A stretch of DNA of 64,000 nucleotides from Malacoraja senta (Eukaryota), in assembly GCA_038087875.1 (NCBI GenBank), contig CM075992.1, positions 622,001 to 686,000 of the forward strand. The letters are read 5' to 3'. The notes under the pieces are model-generated. The model had not been told where the DNA came from. It ran no database searches and saw only the letters and a program-made list of their open reading frames with translations. The stretch's first letter is position 1, and each line of letters begins with the position of its first letter. A program made the position numbers and the translations under genes. Below are positions 1 through 14,248 of this stretch, in pieces.

Positions 1-528
1 AGGCTGGAGATGCAAGAAATTGCAGATGCTGAAATCTGGAGGCTAGCAGGTCAGGCAGCATCTGTGGGGCAGTGAGGTGGGAGAATAGGAATGAATGGTT
101 GACGTTTCAACCCTATCGTCAACCACTGATTACCTACCCCCAGCTCACATATGCTGCCTAAACTGCTGAGTTATGCCAGTAGCCCGTTTATAATGAAACA
201 CAACAGATCGCGTTTTTAATGTTGCAACAAAATGCCAATCTGTCGTCCTGCACTAAAGCAAAATGTTGAAATGAGTCCACACATTTTGGAATCCAAACAC
301 AAAATAATTCTCTTTATTCTTGCATCCATTCCTTGCACAAAGCATATTATGTTATTTGACCTGAAGGTTTAGAATTTAAATCAGCAGTGGGAATGCTGGC
401 TGTTTGTTTTAAATGCTGCTAATTATGGAATGTTGGGTTCATATAGGCCATGGTGTCACCTTTCTAATGTATCTCCCATGTTAGCTGCTTACAAGCCAAC
501 TTCCAATTTGGGATCCATGATTACTGCC

Positions 529-554
529 TGTGTGTGTGTGTGTGTGTGTGTGTG
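529..554. repeat. (TG)n microsatellite
   Basis: direct read. Confidence 0.95.
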
Positions 555-978
555 GTTCTAAGTCAGATATTTTCCTAGGTTCAGTATTATTCTTAAATTG
601 TCTGCAGCTTCAGAATAAAGCCAATATCCATCAGATTCCTTGGGTAAAAGTTAGAATGATTGTCACAGCCTAGTTTTGTACTGGAATGTGTGAAGTGTAT
701 CAAATGTTGATGTTCGTTTAGCATGTGATAGACAAATGAACGTTTTAAGCATAGTTTTTAAGAAATCTAACTTGTTCCAGTGTCCTGAAATGCCGGTAGC
801 AGGGCTGTACTTGCATTTCTGTGTTAGGAGGCGCAGTAACCTTCATTTTCTCTATGGCATTGATAAATGGTGCTGTAGGAGCACTAAACTAGTTTCTTGA
901 ATGCGTAACTGACAGAGCTTCCTTTTGAATATTTTCCCCAAATATACAGTAAAAGGCTTGGTCAGTAGGGGGTAGGCG

Positions 979-1167
979 CAAGGAACTGCAGATGCTGATT
1001 TACAAAAGTCACAGAGTGCTGGAGTAACTCAGCGGGTCAGGCAGCATCCCTGGAGAACATAGATAGATGACATTGTGTGTTGGGACCCTTCAGAAGGTCA
1101 CCTATCCATGTTCTCCATGGATGCTGTCTGACCCACTGAGTTACTCCAGCACTCTGTGCCTTTTTGT
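979..1167. mobile_element. Penelope-like (PLE) terminal-repeat fold-back element, degenerate
   Basis: inverted arms gtgctggagtaactcagcgggtcaggcagcatc / gatgctgtctgacccactgagttactccagcac. Confidence 0.7.
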
Positions 1168-2389
1168 GGTCAGTAACGGAGTGAGAACCCCTTTTGCAAT
1201 ACATTTTCCTAACAGTTTTTGGCGCAGCAAAATTCCCCGTATGCATGGCCACTGGTATAAATTACTCAGGATGACCATGGGCACAATATCCACAAAATAT
1301 GCCTTGTTGGTTTTAAAGTGTACGTGTGGTTTCAGCACAACTCTATTCCAGCAGCTCTGACACGGCTGGTTGCAGGTTAACACGATCAAGGGGTACATCC
1401 CATTCCAAGTATTCACTTTGTATGTCCCACGCCTCCACTTTGATGCTGCTTGATCTCTGCTGGCCAATAAATATATCTATTGCGTTCTCTGTATTTTCAA
1501 TATCCAATCTTGTTAATGTCAGCTGGGAGCTTTATTGGGCAGTAATAATGTGCTAGATTGATTATGCTTGAGGGTGCTGTTTTGCTGGGCGGCAATCATC
1601 TTACATTTTGATTCATAATTTTAAAAGCTGCATTGTAGCTGTTTACTTTATGTAAGAAGGCAAGTTTTATCTGGTCCACATTACCCTTGGTGCCTGAGCT
1701 TCATAAAGATCCTTGTCTCTGATTGACCTTCCTGATTATCCTCTTGTCCAGAAATCTGTCAATACCTGCTGTGAACCTGCTACTCAGTGGTTCAGTATCC
1801 ATTACCTCTGAAGCCTCAGAGCACCAGGGACCCAGGTTTGATCGTGACATCTCTCTGTATGAAGTGCTGGCTGTGTGAGTTTGCACATACTCCCTGTGAC
1901 CATGTGGGTTTCCTCCAGGTGCTCCCGTTTCCTCCCACATCCCAAAGACATGGGATAACTGAACCAACGTTGAAGGGTGATCGAAGGTCGGCTTGGACTC
2001 GGTGGTCTGAAGGGTCTGTTTCCATGCTGTATCTCCAAATTAAACTAAGTTGTTTTTTGCTATAAATTAATAGCGTGTCACTCTATAGTTGTGATGCATT
2101 TCATCCAGCCTTTTCAATTTATTAAATTTTGCTTAAAACATTTTCCAGGAATGCCTCCCTTTTGCAAATTAAATCATTACTGTGTTGCTAGCAATCTTTA
2201 CTGATGCATCCTGAAACTCATTAAGAATGCTTTCTGCAGCTTGGTTGCAGGATCCTGGTATGCTTTTCAAAACTGCAAGTTCACCACTGGGAGAGCCCAG
2301 CTCTGGTGTGAGTGAGCAAGTGTGTCTGGGATTTACTGCAGAACAGGATGGTCTTTATTAACCCCACAAAGTACCTCGGTTTTGTGAAT

Positions 2390-2624
2390 GTTTAAGAAGG
2401 AACTGCAGACGCTGGAAAAATCGAAGGTAGACAAAAATGCTGGAGAAACTCAGCGGGTGGGGCAGCATCTATGGAGCGAAGGAATAGGCAATCTTCCTTT
2501 ATTTCCCCCCCCCCCCCCTCCTCACATCAGTCTGAAGAAGTGTCTCGACCCGAAACGTCGCCTATTCCTTCGCTCCATAGATGCTGCCTCACCCGCTGAG
2601 TTTCTCCAGCATTTTTGTCCACCT
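2390..2624. mobile_element. PLE fold-back element with hammerhead core (2532-2559) and 14-bp TSD
   Basis: inverted arms; CTGAAGAAGTGTCTCGACCCGAAACGTC; tcggttttgtgaat at 2376 and 2625. Confidence 0.8.
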
Positions 2625-3208
2625 TCGGTTTTGTGAATAATGCAGCTCTTTACATTTTTATGCTGCCTACTTATGCTTATTGTTTGCAGTGTTATGTCAG
2701 AAGCTGTACCCATGGCTATTGATTGATATGATTTATTTTCCTCAAGTCTTTATAATTTTATGCCGTGCATGTTGCTAGGGTGAATATTACTCGTCCACCA
2801 GTGCTGAGAACTGTGCACCATGGGTCAGTGTTGCTCATCGTCTGTAAGAGCAGCAAGAGTATGTGATGTATTCTGGGTAGCAAACCTCCTGGTGCTTCAT
2901 CAACATTAACTTGGCAGCACCACTACTGGGCAATTCCTGAAGGACGTAGCTGCCAGATGGACAGCAGCAACTAACAAGCACTGATACCAGGCAAAAACAC
3001 TTACTTGACCTTCACTAGTTACCTGCCACAGATGCTTCCGTGTTGGCTGTTGTAATTATTCCACACTTCTTGCAAAATGGAAACAGGGGCTCTTCATTTG
3101 CACTGCAAACACTGTTTCACACCACATATTGTGCTTGATAGGATCAATTCAGATCAAATCCAGCAACTGGGCATTTAATGTAGTCTGGGGGCATTATCAC
3201 GACGTGAA

Positions 3209-3522
3209 CAGCACGGTGACGCAACTGGTAGAGCCGTTGCCTCACAACCCCAGAGACACAGGTTCGATCCTGACCTCAGGTGCTGTCTGTGTGGAGTTTG
3301 CGCATTCTCCCTGTGACCACGTGGGTTTCCTGGTGCTCTAGTTTCCTTTCGCATCCAAAAGGCATACGGGTTTGTAGGATAATTGACTTCTGTAAATTGC
3401 CCCTAATGAGAACCGAGAAAATCATCTCAAATAGAACTGGTGGAAATGGGTGATTGATGGTCGGAATGGACTCGGGCTGAAGGGCCTGTTTCCTCGCTGT
3501 ATCTCTAAAACTAAAAACTAAA
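3209..3522 (+). mobile_element. tRNA-derived V-SINE (HE1-type)
   Basis: tRNA-like head with B box ggttcgatcc, V-domain gtggagtttgcgcattctcc, CR1-like tail gaagggcctgtttcc...(ctaaa)n. Confidence 0.8.
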
Positions 3523-3959
3523 GCTAAAGTTGTACACCACTCCCATCTGTATTCCCACAGTTTACAATTGTCTTTGTGCAGGAAGATTAGCCTTGGTCCA
3601 ACGATGAGTGTAAAACCAACATGCCAGGAGCAGCACACAATGTAAATAAAAACCAATGGCCAATCTACAGTACAGTGGATGCCAAACATGCTATAAAGAG
3701 TGGTAAATGATTCCACAACAGATGAAACTGATCCATGCACGGCAGTTCTACCATGGTACTTGTGACATTTGGTGGCCATCGAAACCACACAGTTACAGCA
3801 TCTGCAGTTCTCTCCTGCACAAACTACAGTAACAGGTTCTGCATTGAAAATCTTAATGGGTTCTGGCCTGTGAGTATAAAATACTATATTCATCCAATGC
3901 TAGTTAGTCTCTCTGCTTCCATCACGAGAGGAGCCAAGTCAATTCCTGACAACGTTCAA

Positions 3960-4203
3960 AATTGCCTTGACCAACCAAGTCCATGTTGACCATCGACCAC
4001 CTGCTCACACTAGTTCCACTTTCGCATCCACTCCCTACACACTAGGGGTAATTTATCGAGGCCAATTAACCTACAAACCCGCACATCTTTAGGGTGTGGG
4101 AGGAATCCACAGTACCCACAGGAAACGTGGTCACGGGGAGAACGTGCAGACTGCACACAGACAGCACCCGAGGCCAGGATCGAACCCGGGTTTCTGGCCC
4201 TGT
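3960..4203 (-). mobile_element. V-SINE (HE1-type)
   Basis: reverse complement of the same family. Confidence 0.75.
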
Positions 4204-4517
4204 TAGGATTAAGATAAACCATAGGAGATTTAGAGGCGATTTGAGGAAGAGAGTTTTGTTCACCTGCAAGATGATTGGAACCTAGAATCGCTACTTGAAG
4301 GGGATGTGCAGGCAGATACTCTCATAAGATTTAACAAGTAGAAGGATGAGCACTTAAAGGTTACCACCTGAGTGCTTGAAAATGGAATTAGTAGATTGAT
4401 TAATTGTAAAATGGGATTAGTTGGATGGGTATTTTATGGCCAGAATAGAAATGGTAGGTTGAAGGACATTTTCTGTGTGCCATGACTAATATGAATCGAT
4501 GTTGCTGAAGCTGCCCG

Positions 4518-5669
4518 TACACATCAGGCTGTTATTCATCGATTACAGCTCGGCATTTAATACAATCATCCCCTCCAAGCTGGTTACCAAACTCGCAGAA
4601 CTGGGTCTCTGCGCATCCCTCTGCAATTGGATCCTCGACTTCCTCACTCTCAGACCACAGTCTGTTCATATTGGTGGAAATGTGTCAGACTCGATAACAA
4701 TTAGCACGGGATCACCTCAAGGCTGCGTGCTCAGCCCCCTGCTGTACTTACTCTATGCTCATGACTGCGTAGCCGGACATAGTGCGAACTCCATCATCAA
4801 GTTCGCTGACGACACCACTGTTGTGGGACGTATCACTGATGGGGATGAGTCAGAGTATAGAAGAGAGATCGAGCAACTGTCCATATGGTGCCAGCACAAT
4901 AACCTGGCCCTCAACACCAGCAAAACCAAGGAACTGATTGTGGACTTTGGAAGGAGTAGGATGGGGACCCACAGTCCCGTTTATATCAACGGGTCGATGG
5001 TTGAAAGGGTCAAGAGCTTCAAATTCCTGGGCGTGCACATCTCTGAAGATCTTTCCTGGTCCGAGAACACTGATGCCATTATTAAGAGAGCACATCAGCG
5101 CCTCTACTTCCTGAGAAGATTAAGGAGAGTCGGTTTGTCAAGGAAGACTCTAACTTCTACAGGTGCACAGTAGAGAGCATGCTGACCGGTTGCATCGTGG
5201 CTTGGTTCGGCAACTTGAGCGCCCTGGAGAGGAAAAGACTACAAAAAGTAGTAAACACTGCCCAGTCCATCATCGGCTCTGACCTCCCTTCCATCGAGGG
5301 GATCTATCACAGTCGCTGCCTCAAAAAGGCTGTCAGTATCATCAAGGACCCACACCATCCTGGCCACACACTCATCTCCCTACTACCTTCAGGTAGAAGG
5401 TACAGGAGCCTGAAGACTGCAACGACCAGGTTCAGGAATAGCTACTTCCCCACAGCCATCAGGCTATTAAACCTGGCTCGGACATAACACTGAACTTTAT
5501 TAGCCAATACTGTTATTTGCACTTTATCAGTATATTGATTCATGTGTGTATATATTTATAGAATGCCTTGTAGTCAATGCCTACTATGTTCTGTTGTACT
5601 GAAGCAAAGCAAGAATTTCATTGTCCTATCAGAGACACATGACAATAAACTCACTTGACTTGACTTGAC
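4518..5669 (+). mobile_element. 5'-truncated Rex1/Babar-clade LINE: RT domain and 3'UTR, frameshifted near 5150
   Basis: [41 protein letters not shown] and QRLYFLRRL motifs; continues in ORF 5179-5487; tail gacaataaac(tcact)(tgact)n. Confidence 0.9.
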
Positions 5670-7304
5670 ATTGTGTACTTGCTATACAGCATTGCTCACT
5701 GCTGCTCCATATTCCATATGCATATCTCTCACGGGACATGGCCTGTAATCTGAAAATAAACATTATGGAAACCGCAAAGTTGAGTTTTAAAGTGTAATTA
5801 AGAAATAGATGGGTTGGAAGATGATGCTATACTTTCCAGAAGCAGTGCTTCAGATGTGAAGAGCTTTAAATCATGTTGCATTCTGTTGCTAAAGCCATCT
5901 CTCTAACTTGCTGTACTCCTTTAGCAGCTTGAGTTGTAATAGTGGTGTCGACATTAATTATTTATGGCAGAAGCTATAAAGAACAGCAGATAACGCTGTC
6001 ACTACTGAATGGGCCGGGCAGCATCTATAGAGAGGGTTGCACCATCTAAATGTTCCATCAATATCCTTCAGTTTTCTGTTTTTACTTCACTTACTAATCT
6101 ATTTGTTTTCAGCACCTTTTTTTTGTAGAGGATTGTGAATGATTCTGGAAATAAAGGAATCATTTTGTGTCTAAGAAATGATTTTGTGTTTAGGAATATT
6201 TGCTTGTTTTTCTGATGTTCCGTGTGACATTGTTCTTTAGCCGAAGGTTTTGAGGAAGTAAATGGCGGGAAATTCCTTCCTTGCCAGTTTGCTGGCAACA
6301 CCTTTTGATGACTTCTATTAATCCATCTTTAACTTTTGGCTTCTCTTTCCAACCCCATAGTTTTCCAAAGATGTTTCCTTGGGATGCTTTTCTACTTATT
6401 GCTCCTGGTAGCATCTGTAGGCAGGGGTTTGTGATCTTGGTTCAGTCACTACCTGGGTTCAGTCATGATTCCTATATCCTCTCCACACACTTTCTATATC
6501 TTTCAAAGATCACGCAAAGTATTTACATATGACTTGATTAAAACCTTTCCACTATCTACAAGACTGAAGCTGACATTCTGTCAGTATTATCCCTGTGCTT
6601 GGATGAGCATAGCTTCAAAAAGCCACATATGATGCCTAAATCTACACTAAAAAAGCAACATGTTTGAATTGTACCCTATCCACTACATGGATCCATTCAC
6701 CACCAGCATTGCATGGTGATTGCAGCTTAACAACCTACCTATATATTTTTGCGAGCATCTCCATACTTTGTAATCTTACTTGGTGGGAATCACATTAGGC
6801 CATGGTGGCACCAGCACTCCCAAGTTCTGCACAAGCCATGCCATCCCAACTTAAATGCATTAGTCAATACTGTCGCAGTTCATGCAATTTCCTTCATTAG
6901 GTCTGCTTTGCTTTAAGAATATCTTGCGTTTGATGCCTTCTGAAGGATATACAGCAGTTGTCTATAATAACAGACTTTATCATCAATGCCCACATTTTGC
7001 AAATGTATTAACAAATGTTCTACTGACACTAACCCCTTTTGCTCCACAATTGGTACATCTGGTCTTTATCTTGCTGTTCATATTCCTGAAGAATCACTGA
7101 TAATTTGTCCCGGACTAACCACGTTGAAGCTATGGACAAGAAAGCATACAAATGCCCAATGCTTTTTTGTGATGGTACCTGCCTGCACGATGTAGTGGGG
7201 CCTTCTTAAAAAAATCAGGCAGCCTTATTTCGTTTTGCAGGCCACGTAATTATGCATGTTTAGTAATCAGCATCTTTTTATACACAAAAATACCACTGCC
7301 GACA

Positions 7305-7902
7305 CGTATACTTCCTCAGAAGACTGAGGAAATTTGGCATGTCTCCAACGACTCTTCCCTACTTCTATAGCTGCATTGTAGAACACATCCTCAAAGGGAT
7401 ACATCACAGTTTGGTTTGGCAACAGCTCTGCCTAATATCACAAGAAATTGTGGATGTAGCCGAGTTCATCACCAAACTAGCCCCCCTTTCTTTTTTTCCT
7501 CCCTTACTGATCCCCTCCTCTCCCCCCCCCCCAAACCTTATCGACTCCATCTACACTTCACATTGCCTTGAGAAAGCAGTCAACATAATGAAATGCCATT
7601 TATATTCCAGCATGTCGAGCAGGAGATACAACAGCTTGAATATGTATATCACCACATTCAGGAAGAGCTGTTGCCATACCATTGAACGGTCCTCTCATAA
7701 GCTAACAGCGAGGTCCTGATCTCCCAACCTACCTCATTGTAGCCCTTGCACTTTTTTATCTGCATTTTCTCTGTCATCTGTTATTTTTCTCTTTGTACTT
7801 CCTGTTGTACTTGTATAATGGTTTAACTGTATTCATGATGACAGAGCACGCAAACCAAGATATTATTATCTCTATACGCATGACAATAATAAACCAATAA
7901 CA
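7305..7902 (+). mobile_element. old Rex1/Babar-like LINE 3' fragment
   Basis: tacttcctcagaagactgagg (YFLRRLR) resembles the copy at 5105; ends tgacaataataaacc. Confidence 0.65.
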
Positions 7903-10672
7903 GTCCCTTAATCTCAGATTTCATGTTAAAGATATTTCTCGTAAATTGGAAAACCATGCTAATTGCATTGCAGTTAATCATGCTATCTGTTACTGAATCG
8001 TCCTATCTGTCATGTTATCTGTTACTGAATCCATAAGGGTACGACCAATAAAAAATATTGATCCATCAAGTTTGCAAGAAAAGCGTAATTGTGCCGCTGG
8101 TGTCTGTTTATATAAACTTGAGCTGCTATGGAATGAATATCAGACACACCCAGTACTTAAGGAAACCTCAAAGCATTTAATGGGATGTATAAATATCTTT
8201 TAAAAAAACATTGGTGATGACTCCTATATGACTGGGCTAACTTTATTAAAATGTCATCTTTGTTTTACCCTGACAAAGTAATTGAGTCCATTAAGACAGA
8301 CTTGATTGCAAATGTAGTTTGCCAAGCTTTTTGTTAAATATGTTAGTGTTGCATGTCTACATTAACATTCAGATTCACTACTAAATATACTTATTTAATT
8401 TTGAGATCTTGGTGGTTTAAGCATAATGTTACAACATAGAAATTGACCATTTTGCTTGTAAGGGTTTGGCATCCTTGCATTTGTAGCTCAGTCCATTGGT
8501 GAAGTTGTAACACTGGTCATCCTTGAAAGTGTAGCAGATAGTGGAAAACAAACATTCTAAGAGCAGTTTAAAAAAAATTAAAAATGCAGAATTATGATGT
8601 TCAATAACTAGATATTGATTAATTTGTGGATGGATCAAGGGAATGGGTTTAGGATGTGCTTTCCTGTATACTACACCATATAGCTATATTTTGCCACATG
8701 AGGAGACTGAGTATTTTGGATGAATCGAATGCTATCAAATGCTGCTTTGTTCTGGTTGGTGTTAAGCTTTTTTTTGCATTACTGGAGCTACATTGGTAAA
8801 TAATGAATCTTTTCTGTTTTGGGCTTTGTGGGTATTGGATGGTAGGAAATTGCCGCAGAACATACAGCTCCTAATCACTATAGACACAAAAAGCTGGAGT
8901 CACTCAGGCAGCATCTCTGGAGAGAAGGAATGGGGTGATGTTTCGGGTCGAGAGCCTTCTTCAGACATCCCTCCTGCTTCCCCCACCGCTGAAGCAGTTG
9001 ATGTTTTGGGTTGAGGACAATTGCTTGCCCAACGCCTAAAGAATGTTACAGACATGAAATTTATTAACCCATAATTTTCTCTACACAAGGCATGATTTAA
9101 ACCATTGGATTATTTCCCCCTTGAAGCTCAATGAAATGTTTTGGCAGGACTCCATGATATCTTGCATCAATTTCTTTGGCATCTGCTTTTGCTGAGGGAA
9201 AGGTCTTGCAGTGAATGTTCAATGTTGGGGTGGGGGCAGTTGGTAAAGGACCTTTGATTATCCGATGTTGAGTGCAAGGGCCATCATAACCCACACATCA
9301 GTGAAGAAATGGATAGTGCTGCTGAAAACACCAGTTTATTCAGCATGACATTAGAGTGGGGAAAACCATCATGTCATTGGGGCTGTTGGAGTAGAGGAGA
9401 ATGTATTATCTGTACATGATTCACAGTGCATTCTCATCCAAGAGTTCTATGATAATGGGACCAATGTGATGAATATATTTGTGCAAACTTTCTGTCTTGG
9501 AAGAGGACCTTAACTGGTCTAATTTTAAACTCCAATTGAACCCTGTTCAAAGTTGGTTTCTGTTTATGTCAATTGCCTATTCATTAGAGTGCCTTCTGTT
9601 TTAAAAAAAAAAATCTTATTCTGGTTGAAGCCATTCCAGCCTGGTACCAGAATGACCTTTTCTGTACCATTTTGTTCTTATTGCAACACAGTGACATTTC
9701 TCCAAACACCACTGCAAAGATAGCAGTGTTCATGAGCACACAGCTCTGGACAGCATCCATGAAGGCTGAAACCACCCATTGGTACGAGGTCAGCCTCAAC
9801 TTGGCACGATATATCCCGTTACTGAATGGCATAACTTGATATAAATGAATCGTTACTGGATTGGAATTTGGATTCGGGAATGTTTGTATTGGCATGTTGG
9901 AACATCTTTTTTACTAATTGGCAAGACTGTCCCTGTTTCTTTAAACATAATTCAACATATGTCTCAGAGGCAAGAATAATTGATAACTAACATGATGAAA
10001 TGCAAAGGTGTTCAAGCAAGTTTAACAGTGAAAGTTTTAGCAGAGGAACGGTGGCATGGATTGGGATCAGAATGATAACTAACTGGAGACGACAGAAGGA
10101 ATGGCTGCAATAATAAATATGATTTTTAGATTGTTTACCTTGAAGATCAGATAAAACTTTTAAATTAGATACTAGATGAAATAAAATGGAGCAACAGGAC
10201 TGGTGTGCAGTATTAAAATGGATGTTATTCAGTCCTGCTTCAATGCATCCTGAGTACTGAGGGAAGTAAAATATGGAAATTGCAGAAGCAGTGGCCATAA
10301 TCTTCCTCCTTTGGTTATTGGAGCAGTACCTGTGAATTGGGAAGATTACAGCTGTTCCTTTCTCACAGAGAATCTTGCAGTTGCAGACAAGTATCTTAAT
10401 TGATTTTAAGGAACTTTGAGAAACCAATATGGTAGAAATTTAACAGCCATGTGGAGGAATCTTGAGGCATGGAATCGGGGATAGATCAGGTGGCTTATTG
10501 AAGAATGATAGTTGACCTAATTGAAGCTTAAGACTAATGAGATAAATAATGTGAAGGGGAATTTAAAACTGGGGTCATATTTTCAGAATAATTGCGTGTC
10601 TTTGCGACCCCTCCAGCCTGCAATGCCATTCAATAAGATGGCTGATTTACTCTTCACGTAAGATCCAATTTA

Positions 10673-11140
10673 AGACCAGGGTTCGATCCTGACTACGGGT
10701 GCTATCTGTACTGAGTTTGTACGTTCTCCCCATGACCTGCGTGGGTTTTCTCCAAGACCTTTGGTTTCCTCCCACACTCCAGAGACGTACAGGTTTGTAG
10801 GTAAATTGGCTTGGTAAATATAAAAATTGTCCCTGGTGTGTGTAGGATAGTGTTAATATGTGGGGATCGCTGGTCGGCGCAGACCCGGTGGGCCAAAGAG
10901 CTTGTTTCTGCGCTGTATCTGTAAACTAAATTGATTACCTAAGCTAAACTAGGGACAATTTACAATCTTTACCAAAGCCATACAAACCTGTAAGTCTTTG
11001 GAATGTAAGAGGAAACCGGAGCACCCGGGGATAACCCACGTGCTTGGTCACAGGAAGAACGTACAAACTTCGTACAGACAGCACCCGTAGTCAGGATTGA
11101 ACCCGGGTCTCCGGCGCTGTAAAACAGCAGCTCTACTGCT
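10673..11140. mobile_element. two V-SINEs tail to tail (+ 10673-10935; - 10945-11140)
   Basis: gggttcgatcctgactacgggtgct and its reverse complement gcacccgtagtcaggattgaacccggg. Confidence 0.8.
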
Positions 11141-12420
11141 TGGCCACAAGGTTCTGAAGGGATATTTAAAACCAAACTTCATGAGCTTAGTGCTTGTAAT
11201 CAATGCAGAGACACTGAATAAGATCTTTATAAATTCAGTTGATGTGTGAACTGGCAAATAAGAGAGTTTGAGCCAAGCAAGTCAACATACTGCAATTAAC
11301 TTTTTGAAGACGCAATCAGAATAGTCGCTGGCATGGAGATAGATGTGGAGAATATAAAACAGTTTTGCTGATTTTTGTGATGTGGGCAGGAAACCAGTCC
11401 GCAGAAGTTGTAATAGCAGCATTGTCTTCTGCACGACTGTCAGATGAAAGTGCTTTCAGTGAGGAATTAGGAGGTCATGTAAGGACCAAAGGCAAGCAAA
11501 CTGCAAGACTTGTGGGTGTGAGTGGTTGCAGGCCTAACCAGGGGGTTAACATAAACAAAAACCACTCAGTCTCAGGTGTTCATTCAAGACAACCTGCTTT
11601 AAGTACCCAAGGATATGGCATATTGAATAAGGGATGAAACTCCTGTTATACAGGTGATAATGGCCCACAGGAATGGTGTTTGCATCTGGTATAAGGGCTA
11701 TATTTGTAGCGCAAATTCAGCTTGGAACCATCCATGTTATGAATGTGAGAATCTGAGGTGGAAGTGATATATCAAATGGGATTCACTACCGAGCCATAGA
11801 GTGAATAGTAATAGTACATTCACAGTTACATTATCATTGAAGCAAGTAAGAATTTAATTGTTCTATCTGGGACATATGACAATAAAACACTTAACTCTTG
11901 ACCATTTTAAATGGTGTTTGAGGATAGCCATCTAAATAGTGACAACTGGGCTAAAAGACAAGGTATAGCCAAATGTGAGACCTTGGCGGGGATATAAGCC
12001 AGAAGCTGGGTGATTACATTGCAAGGATTGCCAGAGAAAAAATAGCAAAAAAAAGTCCCACGCAGATCTAAAGGCTGTGTTGAAATTGCGTAACAGTCAA
12101 TGTTCCCAGAAGTGTTGCGAGTGCAGTTTGATAACATCAGTATAGAAATGTACCTTTAGCTATCTTAACCTATCGAAACTCCTGGTTTTGCAGTGTTGGC
12201 TGTTCAAATGTTAGTCAGCAAGAGCTGTGTGGTATTTGCCTCACCACAAGACAGCAAGCAAAGACCAAGGTAGGATGGGCAACGCACATACTTAGCAGAA
12301 GCATCTGTGGAAGCCACTGAGGTGGAAAGGCAAAACTACGGTGTGCAGAATCAAGACAGACACATTTGCAGGTTAGCTAGATCTGTTCTGGACTCGCAAA
12401 CAGATCATGAATTTAAGTTG

Positions 12421-12660
12421 AAGATAGACATAAAATGCTGGAGTAACTCAGCAGGTCAGGCAGCATCTCTGGAGAGAAGCAGTGGGTGATGTTTCGGGTC
12501 AAGACCTTTCTTCAGAAGGGACCCTTCTGAAAAAGGGTCTTGACCCAAAATGCCACCCATTCCTTCTGTCCAGAGAAGCTGCCTATCTTGCTGAGTTACT
12601 CCAGCATTTTGTGTACATCTTCGATGTAAATCAGCATCTGCAGTTCCTTCCGACATACTT
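12421..12660. mobile_element. PLE fold-back element
   Basis: inverted arms; tttaagttg flanking duplication at 12412 and 12665. Confidence 0.75.
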
Positions 12661-13099
12661 TAGTTTAAGTTGTTGACCAATTGGAATATCAACAATCCTC
12701 AGAATTTTGAAGACTCTGGTTGTTTCGAAATGAGATAGCAATATATAAACGATAGCTGAGCCTTTGCAGGAATTCATCGATAACGTTAAGGTGAGAAACC
12801 TAGCATAGGATGTTGCAATGAGGCAGTTTTAATGATTGTTTGATGTAGTTACTGTGGTCGTGACTGCACAGGTTTGCAAAAGAGTATGGTGACTAACAAC
12901 GTTGCTTTGTTTAAGTTGCTATTGAGCGCTGAATAAAGCGCTGATTCCGAAGGCATCTCATCACTTACCATTTGACATTCTGAAAATTATTAATTTCCTG
13001 TGTTTTTAATGATAGAAAATGGCAACTGAAAGCTTAGCAGGTCAGGCAATGTTTGTGGAGTAAAAAGCAGTTTATGTTTCAGGTCGTAGATGTGTAAAA

Positions 13100-13700
13100 A
13101 CATGGAACTGCAAATCCTGGTTAATACAAAGTCGTGGAGTAACTCAGCAGCTCTGGCAGCATCTCTGGAGAAAATGGATAGACATTATTTTGGGTCAGGA
13201 CCCTTCTTCAGCCTGATGTGAACACACACTGCATCAACCTGTAGCCAAAACACCACCTCTTCTTGTCCAGAGATGCTGCCTGACCTGCTGAGTTACAATA
13301 GCACTTTGTGTCATTTTGTGTGAACCAGCATCTGCAGTTCCTTAATCTAGTCTTTTCTTTACTCATTGTAACCTTATTTTTTTCAGAATCCTTACTGCAG
13401 AGTTTCAGCTTGTCATCTCAACGTGTGTTTGTTATTGTATATCTGTCTGAATTTGAATGGCTCTCTTGAAGTCTCAATTTCTAATGCAGACCTAAGTACG
13501 ATCCAACTCGATTGTCACAAGATAGACACTAAATGCTGGAGTAACTCAGCAGGACAGGCAGCATCTGTGGAGAGAAGGGTCTCGACCCGAAACGTCACCC
13601 ATTCCTTCTCTCCAGAGATGCTGCCTGTCCTGCTGAGTTACTACAGCATTTTGTGTCTATCTTTGGTTTAAATCAGCATCTGCAGTTCCAATCCTACACA
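13100..13700. mobile_element. two PLE fold-back elements (13100-13345 and 13520-13700)
   Basis: same family arms in inverted arrangement. Confidence 0.7.
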
Positions 13701-13878
13701 TTTCGCCAACTAGATTGTCGTTCACCAAAGGTGCATGAGGAACTCTCTTCTCTTTTCTCTTTTTATAACGGGTTATCCTACAGCTCTGGCAGACTAAATT
13801 CACCCATGGACAGAATAGTAAAGTGTGGGAAAGGAGTTGAATTTTATAGAGCATTGAACAAGTTGTAGATTGCTCTGG

Positions 13879-14248
13879 ATAGAAACATAGAAACATTGAA
13901 AATAGGTGCAGGAGTAGGACATTCGCCTGCACCGCCATTCAATATGATCATGGCTGATCATCCAACTCAGTATCCTGTACCTGCCTTCTCTCCATACCCC
14001 CTGATCCCTTTAGCCACAAGGGCCACATCTAACTTCCTATTAAATATAGCCAATGAACTGGCCTCAACTACCTTCTGTGGCAGAGAATTCCACAGATTCA
14101 CCACTCTGTGTGAAAAATGTTTTTCTCATCTCGGTCCTAAAAGACTTCCCTCTTATCCTTAAACTGTGACCCCTTGTTCTGGACTTCCCCAACATCGGGA
14201 ACAATCTTCCTGCATCTAGCCTGTCCAACCCCTTAAGAATTTTGTAAG
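13879..14248 (-). mobile_element. CR1-clade LINE 3' end
   Basis: (tagaaaca)n tail on +; nearly identical to the copy at 35888-36328. Confidence 0.85.

Noticed and set aside
3276..3893. 205-aa minus-strand ORF
   Set aside because: Runs through a V-SINE; no recognisable domain or exon structure
4499..5487. RT ORFs as a domesticated gene or retron-like system
   Set aside because: 5'-truncated, frameshifted Rex1/Babar LINE copy with a normal tail
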